Shown one piece after another: positions 1 through 8,542 of a stretch of DNA of 64,000 nt. The translations under genes and the position numbers were made by a program. Location of the stretch: positions 5,005-69,004 of IMG/VR virus record IMGVR_UViG_3300037454_000507; one strand, given 5' to 3'. Source of the stretch: a virus (lineage: Duplodnaviria; Caudoviricetes). The stretch's first letter is position 1; every line of letters starts with the position of its first letter. The notes below the pieces were generated by a model. It was not told where the DNA came from. It did not search any database and saw only the letters and a program-made list of their open reading frames with translations.

Positions 1-1
1 A

Positions 2-1015
2 GTCATTATGAATTTCTCGATATGGGCTTTCATCATTTTTTGCAAAGATATTGCCCATGAATACGCATCCGCATGCACAAGCTTCTGTAAATCTCAATGA
101 TGACTTAGCTCTATTGAACGGATTATCGACAATTGAAGCGATACTGAAGTCGGCATTGATTTCCATGAATTTTCTCGGGAACGTATGTGAATCCGCCCAC
201 GGAATAAATTGAATCTTATGTTGAATTTCCTGCCAGAAGAACGGCAGCGAACCCATGACATAAAAATCAATCTTATCTTCCTTGACATTCTTGATTACCC
301 AGTCGCAAAGTCCAGTATTCCAGTCTCCTCGGTCGCCGGGCTGTCCAGGATGGCCGTTAGGGAAGTTTGGGTTCTGTCCTGGGGCCATTTTAGGAATTGG
401 CTGACGGTAATGGGTCGGAGAGCCAGAATAGACCACACGCGGCTTTATGAGGTCCTGTGTGAGCGGCTTCTTTCTAGGGAAATTCCAGAGATAACGCGGA
501 ACAACGTTCTTGATAATAATAACGTTGCCGGCACCGAATGCACGTTCAAACATTCTCTTAAGATATGTGGTAGTTACAGAAATTACATCGAGAATATCGA
601 CACATTTCTTCATATATTTCATAATTTCCGGCATATTCTTATGGATTGAATCATGCGCCGGATTATATGGAGGTACTGCGTCATTTGTTTCGTCTGCGTC
701 ACCGGTAATAAAGGTCAAGTCGTCATAGTCAGCACAAAGTTTATAACCGTATTTCGGCTGTAATTCCTTGTATCGCATGATAATATCAAAGTCATGCTTA
801 TTTTCCGGTCTTTGAAAAACAATAGACTTTGCCGCAATCAGAAGATTCGGGTCATACGTAATTTTCGGAAGAACAATCGGCGTAACACCGTGTTCGTAAC
901 CGTTCATATATTCAGCATTAAATCTTAACCTATAGTGGCTACAACCACTACGGTCTTTCGTATAAACAAGGGCAATATCTTTCCCGTTTTCATTTACTGT
1001 ATTAGCATTAAGCAT
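2..1015 (-). CDS. Glycosyltransferase (GT-B/GT4-like); runs off the window start and is absent from the ORF track
   Basis: Hand translation from ATG at 1015 is stop-free: MLNANTVNENGKDIALVYTKDRSGCSHYRLRF...FQRP...ADYDDL...DFSIASIVDNPFNRAKSSLRFTEACACG. These match the DxDD and D..PL.dn.FN..KS..K..E motifs of phage GT-B enzymes. Confidence 0.75.
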   Translation of the reverse strand, partial: MLNANTVNENGKDIALVYTKDRSGCSHYRLRFNAEYMNGYEHGVTPIVLPKITYDPNLLIAAKSIVFQRPENKHDFDIIMRYKELQPKYGYKLCADYDDLTFITGDADETNDAVPPYNPAHDSIHKNMPEIMKYMKKCVDILDVISVTTTYLKRMFERAFGAGNVIIIKNVVPRYLWNFPRKKPLTQDLIKPRVVYSGSPTHYRQPIPKMAPGQNPNFPNGHPGQPGDRGDWNTGLCDWVIKNVKEDKIDFYVMGSLPFFWQEIQHKIQFIPWADSHTFPRKFMEINADFSIASIVDNPFNRAKSSLRFTEACACGCVFMGNIFAKNDESPYREIHND

Positions 1016-1018
1016 TTA

Positions 1019-1615
1019 TTAATTATCTCCGCCATACGGGTCGTCGATTGTATTAAGATTTTCATAGAAGTCAAGGCCGCTAATTTCCTTATCCTTATGT
1101 TCGTTCATTTCGTTAAGGTAAAGGTTAATTGCGTTTGTAATCAGCTGAGTTACGAATGCAAATGCACTTGAATTTCGAGTTTCATCATAACGGTTAATGT
1201 ACATGAACAATGTCATCATACATTCTTGTCGAATATCTTCAACATCTTCATATGCCGGCGTCTGAATAAGCTTAAACGAAATAATACGTCCGTTAATGAC
1301 TTTCAAGAACGCGTCACAGATTTCAGCCTTGAGCGCGTCAAATTCCGCATTAAACTTACGGCGTTCTTCTTCACTAAGGTTACGATACTTTTTCTGAAGT
1401 TCTTCAATTTCTTCACGCTTACGCTTAATAAAGCTTTTCGCCAGAATGTACTTGTCTTCGGTAACGGTCTTCTTGAGTTTCTTATTTTCAAGCTTACGTT
1501 CATACGGATCACACCATTCGCCTGTATCGTTAATGTTCATGTGATTAAACTTGATTATTAACTCTCTCAGGTACTTATTTGATATGTAGCCTTCATCGTT
1601 TTTATCCTGCTTCAT
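1019..1615 (-). CDS. gp55: Late-transcription sigma factor (T4 gp55-like)
   Basis: YISNKYLRELI ... ICDAFLKVING ... DIRQECMMTLFMYINRYDETRNSSAFAFVTQLITNA parallels the gp55 pattern (YVNNK..., FD..K..NPFAYFTQI). TATAAATA promoters are abundant in the window. Confidence 0.8.
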   Translation of the reverse strand: MKQDKNDEGYISNKYLRELIIKFNHMNINDTGEWCDPYERKLENKKLKKTVTEDKYILAKSFIKRKREEIEELQKKYRNLSEEERRKFNAEFDALKAEICDAFLKVINGRIISFKLIQTPAYEDVEDIRQECMMTLFMYINRYDETRNSSAFAFVTQLITNAINLYLNEMNEHKDKEISGLDFYENLNTIDDPYGGDN

Positions 1616-1704
1616 GTTAAATTCCTTAAATATACTTAATATCGTATTTAAATATAGAAAATAATTGTAAAATAAAATTTACAAAATTTTTTTCTGAAAA
1701 TTCT

Positions 1705-2625
1705 TTAATGTAATGACGAAGGAGACGGCAAACGAGCAGTAGGCATGCTATTATTGGCTTTAGCCCTATTAATTTCATTCTTGTTTACTTCGCTTTCTTC
1801 CTGCATCATCATTTCGATTATCTTATTTTCTACTTCGACTTCAATCCAAGACCAGTCATTTGTAATCTGCAAATTTGAATATTTGGCAATCCTAGTAATC
1901 GTCTCAAGGACTTCCATCAAATTTACAGAATTAAATAAATTATTATCGTTGATTGTAAGCTGGACCGGATGTGCCTGATGGCAGTTTTCACAGACGATTA
2001 CAAAATTGTTTTTTACGCCGCAATAGTTTTCATCGATTATTGATTTTAGCGTAACGTAATCATAGGCAGAAATATTCGTTATGAAATCAACTTTTTCTTC
2101 AAAATTCATAGAATCTTCATCGATATACAATGCGATGTCTTCGATTTCATCATTCGTAATTATGCCAGAATCTTTATATTTCGGAAGGCTCAATTTAAAA
2201 GTCTTTCCGGTATCTTGCAAATAAACACTGTCGATAAACGGCTTTTCTATATGGGCAAACTTTATCTGTTCAAGAGAAATGCTTTCTTCTATCGGTTGGC
2301 CGCATCCTGAACATTCAGGTATTCTTATCGTATAGCCGGTTTTTGAAGTAAAGCTATTGAGACGAATCCAGAAAATAAGATACATCCTGTCAGCAAGGTA
2401 TAAATCCTCAAATTCCATTCCTTCAAGAATCGTACATTTTTCAAGAAGTTCGTTACATACGCTTGTCGCCGTTTCAGGAAGCATTGTAGACAAAAACTTG
2501 ACTTCGAGAACAGTCATTGAACGTATCTTTATCTTGATATTTTTCGGGTACATCAAACCACGCGTAGGTAAATCGTACGGATTTATTCGCCAGTAGTTAT
2601 ATCTGTCATAATCATGAAAAAACAT
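1705..2625 (-). CDS. Baseplate hub protein (gp26/gp51-like), paralog 1
   Basis: LPTRGLMYP...IRSMTVLEVKFL...DRMYLIFWIRLNS, with two CxxC pairs (CSGC, CENC). Confidence 0.6.
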   Translation of the reverse strand: MFFHDYDRYNYWRINPYDLPTRGLMYPKNIKIKIRSMTVLEVKFLSTMLPETATSVCNELLEKCTILEGMEFEDLYLADRMYLIFWIRLNSFTSKTGYTIRIPECSGCGQPIEESISLEQIKFAHIEKPFIDSVYLQDTGKTFKLSLPKYKDSGIITNDEIEDIALYIDEDSMNFEEKVDFITNISAYDYVTLKSIIDENYCGVKNNFVIVCENCHQAHPVQLTINDNNLFNSVNLMEVLETITRIAKYSNLQITNDWSWIEVEVENKIIEMMMQEESEVNKNEINRAKANNSMPTARLPSPSSLH

Positions 2626-3248
2626 TATACACCCGTTCTGTTCAAATTGATTTTTGCAATCCCGTTAAATACACCAGGACCGAATGCGCCTACGTAAGGA
2701 GTCGGCACGGTTATAATTTTCTTTAATGCGCCTTCGAGTTTTTCCTGTATCTTATTCCATATCTTCTCTGTAATATCAGGGTTCTTTTCCGGATCAGGAT
2801 CCATTTGACTGAGCTCGATAAATAATGTCTGCGCGATTCCGAAGAAATGCGCCGTTGCCAACGGGCATATGCAGACGCCTGGTATTAGCGGGGCGGCACT
2901 CCATGTAGTTAATGATGAAGTTATTTTTAAACCTATATAGTTGAAAAGATTGGCGAGACCTCCGGTAGGAACCGAAACCGCGCTCAATACTTCAGGTACA
3001 AGGAGCTGAAATGTTTCAAAAACCGGCTTACATATCTTAAGCGGGGTAGTGGCAGTTCCTAACTGAAACGTAGTACCTGACGGATATGTTACAACTCCGT
3101 AAATATCGCAGTTTACGCCGATGAAATAATTACGCAACCATTGGTTTAATCCATTAGTCAAATGCTTAATGGTTTCAAACTGTGTCGCCGTATCAGGCTT
3201 CATAGTATCGAATCTCGGTTTAAGACAATTTTTATACAAGTTAATCAT
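2625..3248 (-). CDS. Hypothetical protein
   Basis: 207-aa ORF whose ends overlap both neighbours by 1 nt (translational coupling). Confidence 0.6.
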   Translation of the reverse strand: MINLYKNCLKPRFDTMKPDTATQFETIKHLTNGLNQWLRNYFIGVNCDIYGVVTYPSGTTFQLGTATTPLKICKPVFETFQLLVPEVLSAVSVPTGGLANLFNYIGLKITSSLTTWSAAPLIPGVCICPLATAHFFGIAQTLFIELSQMDPDPEKNPDITEKIWNKIQEKLEGALKKIITVPTPYVGAFGPGVFNGIAKINLNRTGV

Positions 3249-4306
3249 TATTTAAAGTCCGCCCAGAAGTCTTCGTTATATTCGTTGGCATCAGCCATCA
3301 TATCTACAGTCATTTCATCTTGTTCTTTCTTGTCTTCGACATGTCTGATATTGTCCATATCGATTTCCGGCTGCATTGTCGCATAGACCGCCCAGTAAAG
3401 TGCGGAAACGGTGTCGTCATGACAACCCTTAACAGCCTTGAAGACATTAGGCGTATTCTGTTCTTCGAACGTCGACAATTCCTTAATAGTAACGGCATTA
3501 TGAACTTTAAGGAATCCAGCATCCATAACTCTCTGTAATTCCATACATGCGTCGAGTTTCGAACGTTTGTCCGCCTTGGTACCGAGGCCGTGACCGGCTT
3601 TTTCGGTATTAATCATATTCGTATTCTCGAGCGTATACCATAATTCTTCCGCTACCTGTTTACCGACGTCATTATTTTCGAGAATGTAATAAGCGTTGTT
3701 ATACATCTTCGATATAAAGTCGATTTTTCTCGAGAATTCGCCTGGCTTGACGGTATTCGAACGGTAGATTGCAACCTGTTCCATATCGTTCTTCGCACGG
3801 ATTTCGATAACCTGTACACACGCATAGTCGCCGCCTACACCTGAACAGCAGTCGACTCCCATGACGTATAGAGCGCCAGGCTTAGGTCTAGCATAGATTT
3901 CAAGAGTAAGGTCTTCAAACAACGTTTCGATAGGTTCTGTTTCCATAAGCTTCTCGAGGCATTCTGAAGAAATAAGCGTCGGAGAAGAACCTATGAAAGA
4001 GCAGTTATGGTTTATAAGCCCGTTATTTGTCGAATAAAGCCCTCCGTCGACGTTTACGGGTGTATACACAGTTCGTTTTCCAAGTTCCTCTATAGAAACG
4101 ACCGTGCTTTCGCCGAACTGGGTATTCTTTACCAAATCTCCCGGTTTTAACTTACAGGCTTCAAGCTCAGTTCCGTCTGGAAGCGTGAGTCTGTGGTCGT
4201 CAGAGCACTTGATTTCGCAATTATCGAAAACTACATGTAATGTATCTGCAAGTTTTTTAGAGAAGCCTTCGAACTTCTTGTATTTTTCACCGAGTTTGAT
4301 AAACAT
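3248..4306 (-). CDS. gp17: Large terminase C-terminal (nuclease) half, preceded by a 101-aa C-intein
   Basis: aa 1-101 have intein blocks B (CSDDH), F (VYTPVNV) and G (GLINHN), followed by Cys+1. The extein CSFIGSSPTLIS...MGVDCCSGVGGDY...GCHDDTVSAL is a gp17-type RNase H-like nuclease. Confidence 0.9.
   Translation of the reverse strand: MFIKLGEKYKKFEGFSKKLADTLHVVFDNCEIKCSDDHRLTLPDGTELEACKLKPGDLVKNTQFGESTVVSIEELGKRTVYTPVNVDGGLYSTNNGLINHNCSFIGSSPTLISSECLEKLMETEPIETLFEDLTLEIYARPKPGALYVMGVDCCSGVGGDYACVQVIEIRAKNDMEQVAIYRSNTVKPGEFSRKIDFISKMYNNAYYILENNDVGKQVAEELWYTLENTNMINTEKAGHGLGTKADKRSKLDACMELQRVMDAGFLKVHNAVTIKELSTFEEQNTPNVFKAVKGCHDDTVSALYWAVYATMQPEIDMDNIRHVEDKKEQDEMTVDMMADANEYNEDFWADFK
4004..4306 (-). 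other. Split intein, C-fragment (101 aa)
   Basis: Ends ...NNGLINHN with Cys+1 encoded at 4001-4003. It has no N-terminal block A. Confidence 0.88.
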
Positions 4307-4313
4307 ATTTTTC

Positions 4314-4739
4314 TTAGGTCAGGTTATTTATATTGAATTTCTTTATTTTCTTATATTCCTTCGCGTCCCTGTATGAAACGATGTCGATTCTTGTATTATG
4401 CGGCTCGATTTCTTCCGGATGCATAATCTTAATCATATTCCAGCTGGCAAGCAGGAAGGCTATAGAGTTCCTGCGCTGAATATCTTCAAGAGATACGTTG
4501 CCGAAGCCGTGATAGCCGGTCTTGCTCGTACCCATCGTAAAAAGCTGTTTAAAGTGAGCCAGATAGAAAGAATCGAAGTTCTTGTAAAGGTGACACGACT
4601 GGTAAATAATCTTGTTGACCTTATCAACGATACCGATTCTGGTCAGTGTCTCGTTGATAATGCGTTCGTCGACAAGAGGCTTGATAAGAAGCAATTTGTT
4701 AGTTTCGTACATATCAGTATTCCTCAGGTTTCCAGTCAA
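4314..4739 (-). CDS. regA: Translational repressor RegA
   Basis: INETLTRIGI...IYQSCHLY...YLAHFKQLF...RRNSIAFLLASW are the RegA family motifs. Confidence 0.9.
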   Translation of the reverse strand: MTGNLRNTDMYETNKLLLIKPLVDERIINETLTRIGIVDKVNKIIYQSCHLYKNFDSFYLAHFKQLFTMGTSKTGYHGFGNVSLEDIQRRNSIAFLLASWNMIKIMHPEEIEPHNTRIDIVSYRDAKEYKKIKKFNINNLT

Positions 4740-5136
4740 AATCTTTCATTTCGTTTGCAAACATGACGTCGGCAACGTGGGAAGGATCCAGTTCTTCGGT
4801 AATACTTTCAGAAAAACATTTCATGAGGACATTCTTCGTCCTCGTATATCTTACTATGTCGGATTCGTCAAGCTTAGAGAACCCGTAACCTGTATAACCC
4901 TTTTCTGTATAGACACGGTTGATTTCTTCGACGAGCTTCGTAACGTCGATATATTTGGAATTATAGAAGAGATATTTTTTATCACCGATAATCCTTGCAG
5001 TCCATACGGCAGGGTTGGCTGACGCTAGGATGTCGTCAACCGTTTCATCTTTGTCGGCAGGGCGGACAATCGTATTCCTCGACATCTCGTCCGTAGTCTT
5101 GTCGACTTCTTCACACATGTATTGTTTAAACGTCAT
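4714..5136 (-). CDS. Hypothetical protein with CTS-like N-terminus (MTFKQYMCEE)
   Basis: 140-aa ORF directly behind a TATAAATA promoter. Confidence 0.6.
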   Translation of the reverse strand: MTFKQYMCEEVDKTTDEMSRNTIVRPADKDETVDDILASANPAVWTARIIGDKKYLFYNSKYIDVTKLVEEINRVYTEKGYTGYGFSKLDESDIVRYTRTKNVLMKCFSESITEELDPSHVADVMFANEMKDFDWKPEEY

Positions 5137-5140
5137 ACAT

Positions 5141-5148
5141 TATTTATA
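5141..5148 (-). promoter_or_regulatory. T4-type late promoter TATAAATA, 4 nt before ATG
   Basis: Minus strand reads TATAAATA-atgt-ATG(5136). Confidence 0.75.
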
Positions 5149-5179
5149 AAAAAGACCGCCTTGTACGGGCGGTCTCTTT
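5147..5179 (-). terminator. Rho-independent terminator
   Basis: AGACCGCC/GGCGGTCT stem with a U-tract on the minus strand. Confidence 0.7.
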
Positions 5180-5196
5180 CAAAATCCGAATAAATA

Positions 5197-5994
5197 CTAG
5201 ATTTTCGGCAAGAAGAACGATGGAGAGAACGGAATCGGAACTTCGATTTCCTCGTCGCAATGAGCGCACTTGAACTTGCCGTAAGGCGTAGCGATGAACA
5301 TGTAGTCACTGACAAGGTTCGTAAACTTCGTGAACGACATGCCGTCGAGCTCGGTAAGGTATTCGTATGCCGTAATCAAGGAAACGTCGCGGCCGTTAAT
5401 CTTGGTAATGTAACTGGAGAAATCAAGAAGGCCGGTATCGATGTCAAGGTCTACGTTCGGGTCGTTCTTAATCTTGTCGACTGCCATTTCTGTATTGATT
5501 GTCGGGTATTCGATTGTAATCTGGTCGCCGTTGATGTCAAAATATTCCGGCAGGGGCTTTTCATAATAAGTAACTGCCAGGTTTTTCAATACGAAATCAT
5601 AATGTGCGATTGTATCACAGTTCTTGCACTTATGACGAACCTTAAACGGGATGTCGTTATAGGTGAACGAACGAAGATAGAAAATGAGCCAAATCTTGTC
5701 GGCGACAAGAATCTTGGTATAATCGAAACCGTTACCGTCCCAGATGGAAGACTTTAGGATATTGTTGATAACAAAATTCGAATTCTGTTCCGTGATGGTT
5801 GCTAGCTTCTTGATGTTGATAGTGGACAGTTTCTTTACATAAATCTTGTCTGGATAGAACATTCCTTTGGAAGGAAGTAAACTCTTGTCCAACAGTATGG
5901 CGCCTTTAGGCGGCTGATTCGTGATGTCTGCAAGAATACTGTTCAGGCTGTTATTCTTAGGATCGTTGCTGATGTCTATTTTTTCTGATTTCAT
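5197..5994 (-). CDS. Baseplate hub protein (gp26/gp51-like), paralog 2
   Basis: LPSKGMFYP...DKIWLIFYLRSFTY, CKNC and CAHC, C-terminal PSFFLP. Same layout as 1705-2625. Confidence 0.65.
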   Translation of the reverse strand: MKSEKIDISNDPKNNSLNSILADITNQPPKGAILLDKSLLPSKGMFYPDKIYVKKLSTINIKKLATITEQNSNFVINNILKSSIWDGNGFDYTKILVADKIWLIFYLRSFTYNDIPFKVRHKCKNCDTIAHYDFVLKNLAVTYYEKPLPEYFDINGDQITIEYPTINTEMAVDKIKNDPNVDLDIDTGLLDFSSYITKINGRDVSLITAYEYLTELDGMSFTKFTNLVSDYMFIATPYGKFKCAHCDEEIEVPIPFSPSFFLPKI

Positions 5995-6029
5995 ATATTC
6001 ACCTTTAAGTTTTTAACATCTTATTTATA

Positions 6030-6416
6030 AGATTATTTGTGAACCGATATAATCCTCATCTTTTGGACAATGTGATTGCTCGAGATCTAGAGCCTAATGT
6101 AGGAAACATTAGACTTCAAGACTGTCACTTTTGGCATAAAGCTTCATGTCTCGATCCTTGGGAATTACACTGCAGCTTACGGGGCGGTCATCCTGTACTC
6201 CGACTACATCTACAGAAACCATGGCGGCTAAATTTACAGATTGTCAGTCTGTAATTCGCTGACGTTAAGCATTAACCGTAACCTCGAAAGGCTCGAGATA
6301 AACCGGTTCATTTCTGGAAAACCCACGTCTCAAGTTTTCAATGGCTAACCCTCTACCGACAGTTCCATTGGATTGGTCTTCGCTCCGAGGAATTAGACTA
6401 GCTATGTTTGGTTTCA
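6030..6416 (-). ncRNA. Candidate structured ncRNA of unknown family
   Basis: About 390 nt with no credible ORF, more GC-rich than its flanks, several hairpins, and an upstream TACTATATTTG promoter-like motif at 6415-6425. Confidence 0.4.
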
Positions 6417-6472
6417 AATATAGTAAAAAAACTTTTTACGTAAAAATATTTTAATAAAAATCTGAAAATATC

Positions 6473-8539
6473 TTAATGTCTTCTGGCTTTTACAGTTTCT
6501 TCTTTATTAAGTTGAGAATTTCCGCGAAGTCCCTGCTTTACTGCATTGAGTAATTGACGAACATCGTCAGGAGTACCTTCCATTTTTCCAGAAGTTACAT
6601 CAAGCATACCATGTGAATATCCAGAAACAGAGTTAATATATTCATCCGTAATGATGTCGTTTATTGTTTTACCAGTACGTTTTGCTTCTTTTTCAGCTTC
6701 GCTACGGATAGTAGAACCGAAAAGATATGCTGCATTTAAGCTACCGTCAGTTATAGCTTCTGAGAACATATTTTTAATTTTCATCGTAGTATTCGAACCA
6801 TCTGAAGCAATAGCCTTCTTCGTACCGGAAATACCGTGTTCATAGTTCATTACGAGCTGCTTATCGTTTTCCATAGTTTCAGCTGTATATTGTTGGCCTT
6901 TACGTCTATTGAATTCTTCTTGAGAAATTTCAATATAATCAACGCCTTTTTGACCTGAACCAGCCTGTCTTACATAATATTTGCCTTCTTCAGATTCTAC
7001 GACAGCAACTGCGCCGACAAGTTCAAGGGCGACGGCTCGATCTGCGTTTTCGTTGTTCTTATTGGAATTTGTACCTTTCGCAGCAGAACTCTTGTTACCT
7101 TCATATAATCTTTTCGTATCAAATACCAAGTTACCGGTTTCATCTGCAGTTCCTGTAACACCATTCGAAGCAGAGTTGCTTATAGCCATAGACATGCTCA
7201 TACGAGTAGCGGCCTGGTTATGGAATACGATACTCATCGGAAGTTCAAATTTTGTAGTTTCATGCTTATTGTCTTCAACAATAAGAATCTTATTTTTGCC
7301 AGAAGTCTTAATATCAGTAATGGTCAAGGCGTTTCCGTTACCGTCAGCCATAACATCATTTGTCTTAGCAGTTTCAAACTTGCTGACTTTTTTCGGTAAG
7401 TTAGATAAACCAACATTCTTGATGGTATTATATTCTTTTTCATATTCGTTATATTTTTCTTCATAGACAGAAAGCGCGGATATAAATGTATCTGCGGTTT
7501 TTTCATCCGTGCCCATCTGTACGAGATTTGCCTTGATTGTCGATAATTCATCTGTTGTCAAGCCGTCAGCAGCATTCACATTATCGAGATATTTGGCGAT
7601 AAATAGACCCTTGTCGGTATTGAACATATCATATGCAGTATCGCGTTTTTTACCTTTATTTTGTCTTGTATATTCGTCGATAGCCTTTTCTGCCATTGCA
7701 CGCTTATCTTCAGCGCTTAGGTTATTAAAGATATTATTATAGACTGTAGATACTGCTTCTATTTCAGCGTTTCTGATATTTGCCTGTTCTTGGCGTATTT
7801 CACGTTTACGAGCATCCTCTTCAGGATTTTTCTTAGGTTCAACTTTGGTAGATGAATGCTGTGCAGTCTTAATTTCTTTGTCAATACCAGGCTCTGCTTT
7901 CTTTGCACGATTTAAATGATCAGTAAAATCAAGCGCCGTAATAGGATTACGTTCGAGTTTCTGCGTCGTGCTGTTATATTTAAGCCCGATTTTATTGTCT
8001 ATGCCTTCTTCTTCGATTTTTTCGTCGAATATGTAAAGGATGTTGAAAACGGCGGAAATTTCTAAAGGTGCACCATATCCGTTATTGTTAAATGTCGGAG
8101 TATCGAAAGACTTAAGCATCGCTATATAATGCTTCTTGTCGACAATATTTTTCATAGTTTCGTCAAATTGTGTTATTTCGATATTGACAAGACCTGATAT
8201 GCTGCTTCTCATGAACGGAGATTCGCTATAACGTTCTGCAAGGAACTTATAGATTTCCATATCGTCAGTTTCTTCAAAGGTTATCTCGAGTTCGCTTTCG
8301 CTAAATTTTAGAATTGGAATTATAAACTGCGTATTGCCGAAATATTTTTTATTTTCAAGATCGAACTTGAATACAGGCTGACTTATTTTCTTGACTGCAT
8401 AAGTACGACGACGATATTGCGGGTCAACATCTTCACGATTGTTATTGTCGCTTCTATAAGGCCATATGTCGCAATTAAACCTGTATGTGATATGAGGTTT
8501 AACTGCATTAAGATATTGATAGACATTTAATAACGGCAT
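6473..8539 (-). CDS. Tail-tube-like N-terminal domain fused to a long C-terminal region ending in a possible Amidase_2-like domain
   Basis: The N-terminal 170 aa (YRFNCDIW...KISQPVFKF...ELEITFEETDD...ITQFD) resemble gp19/gp54. The C-terminus has IVFHNQAA...AVALELVG...SHGMLDVTSGKMEG. Confidence 0.5.
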   Translation of the reverse strand: MPLLNVYQYLNAVKPHITYRFNCDIWPYRSDNNNREDVDPQYRRRTYAVKKISQPVFKFDLENKKYFGNTQFIIPILKFSESELEITFEETDDMEIYKFLAERYSESPFMRSSISGLVNIEITQFDETMKNIVDKKHYIAMLKSFDTPTFNNNGYGAPLEISAVFNILYIFDEKIEEEGIDNKIGLKYNSTTQKLERNPITALDFTDHLNRAKKAEPGIDKEIKTAQHSSTKVEPKKNPEEDARKREIRQEQANIRNAEIEAVSTVYNNIFNNLSAEDKRAMAEKAIDEYTRQNKGKKRDTAYDMFNTDKGLFIAKYLDNVNAADGLTTDELSTIKANLVQMGTDEKTADTFISALSVYEEKYNEYEKEYNTIKNVGLSNLPKKVSKFETAKTNDVMADGNGNALTITDIKTSGKNKILIVEDNKHETTKFELPMSIVFHNQAATRMSMSMAISNSASNGVTGTADETGNLVFDTKRLYEGNKSSAAKGTNSNKNNENADRAVALELVGAVAVVESEEGKYYVRQAGSGQKGVDYIEISQEEFNRRKGQQYTAETMENDKQLVMNYEHGISGTKKAIASDGSNTTMKIKNMFSEAITDGSLNAAYLFGSTIRSEAEKEAKRTGKTINDIITDEYINSVSGYSHGMLDVTSGKMEGTPDDVRQLLNAVKQGLRGNSQLNKEETVKARRH

Positions 8540-8542
8540 CTA

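Noticed and set aside
6030-6416. Group I intron, tmRNA or RNase P identity for the non-coding region
   Set aside because: TAGATGTAGTC resembles a group I S element, but no matching R element or host gene was found. No tmRNA or RNase P terminal consensus is present.
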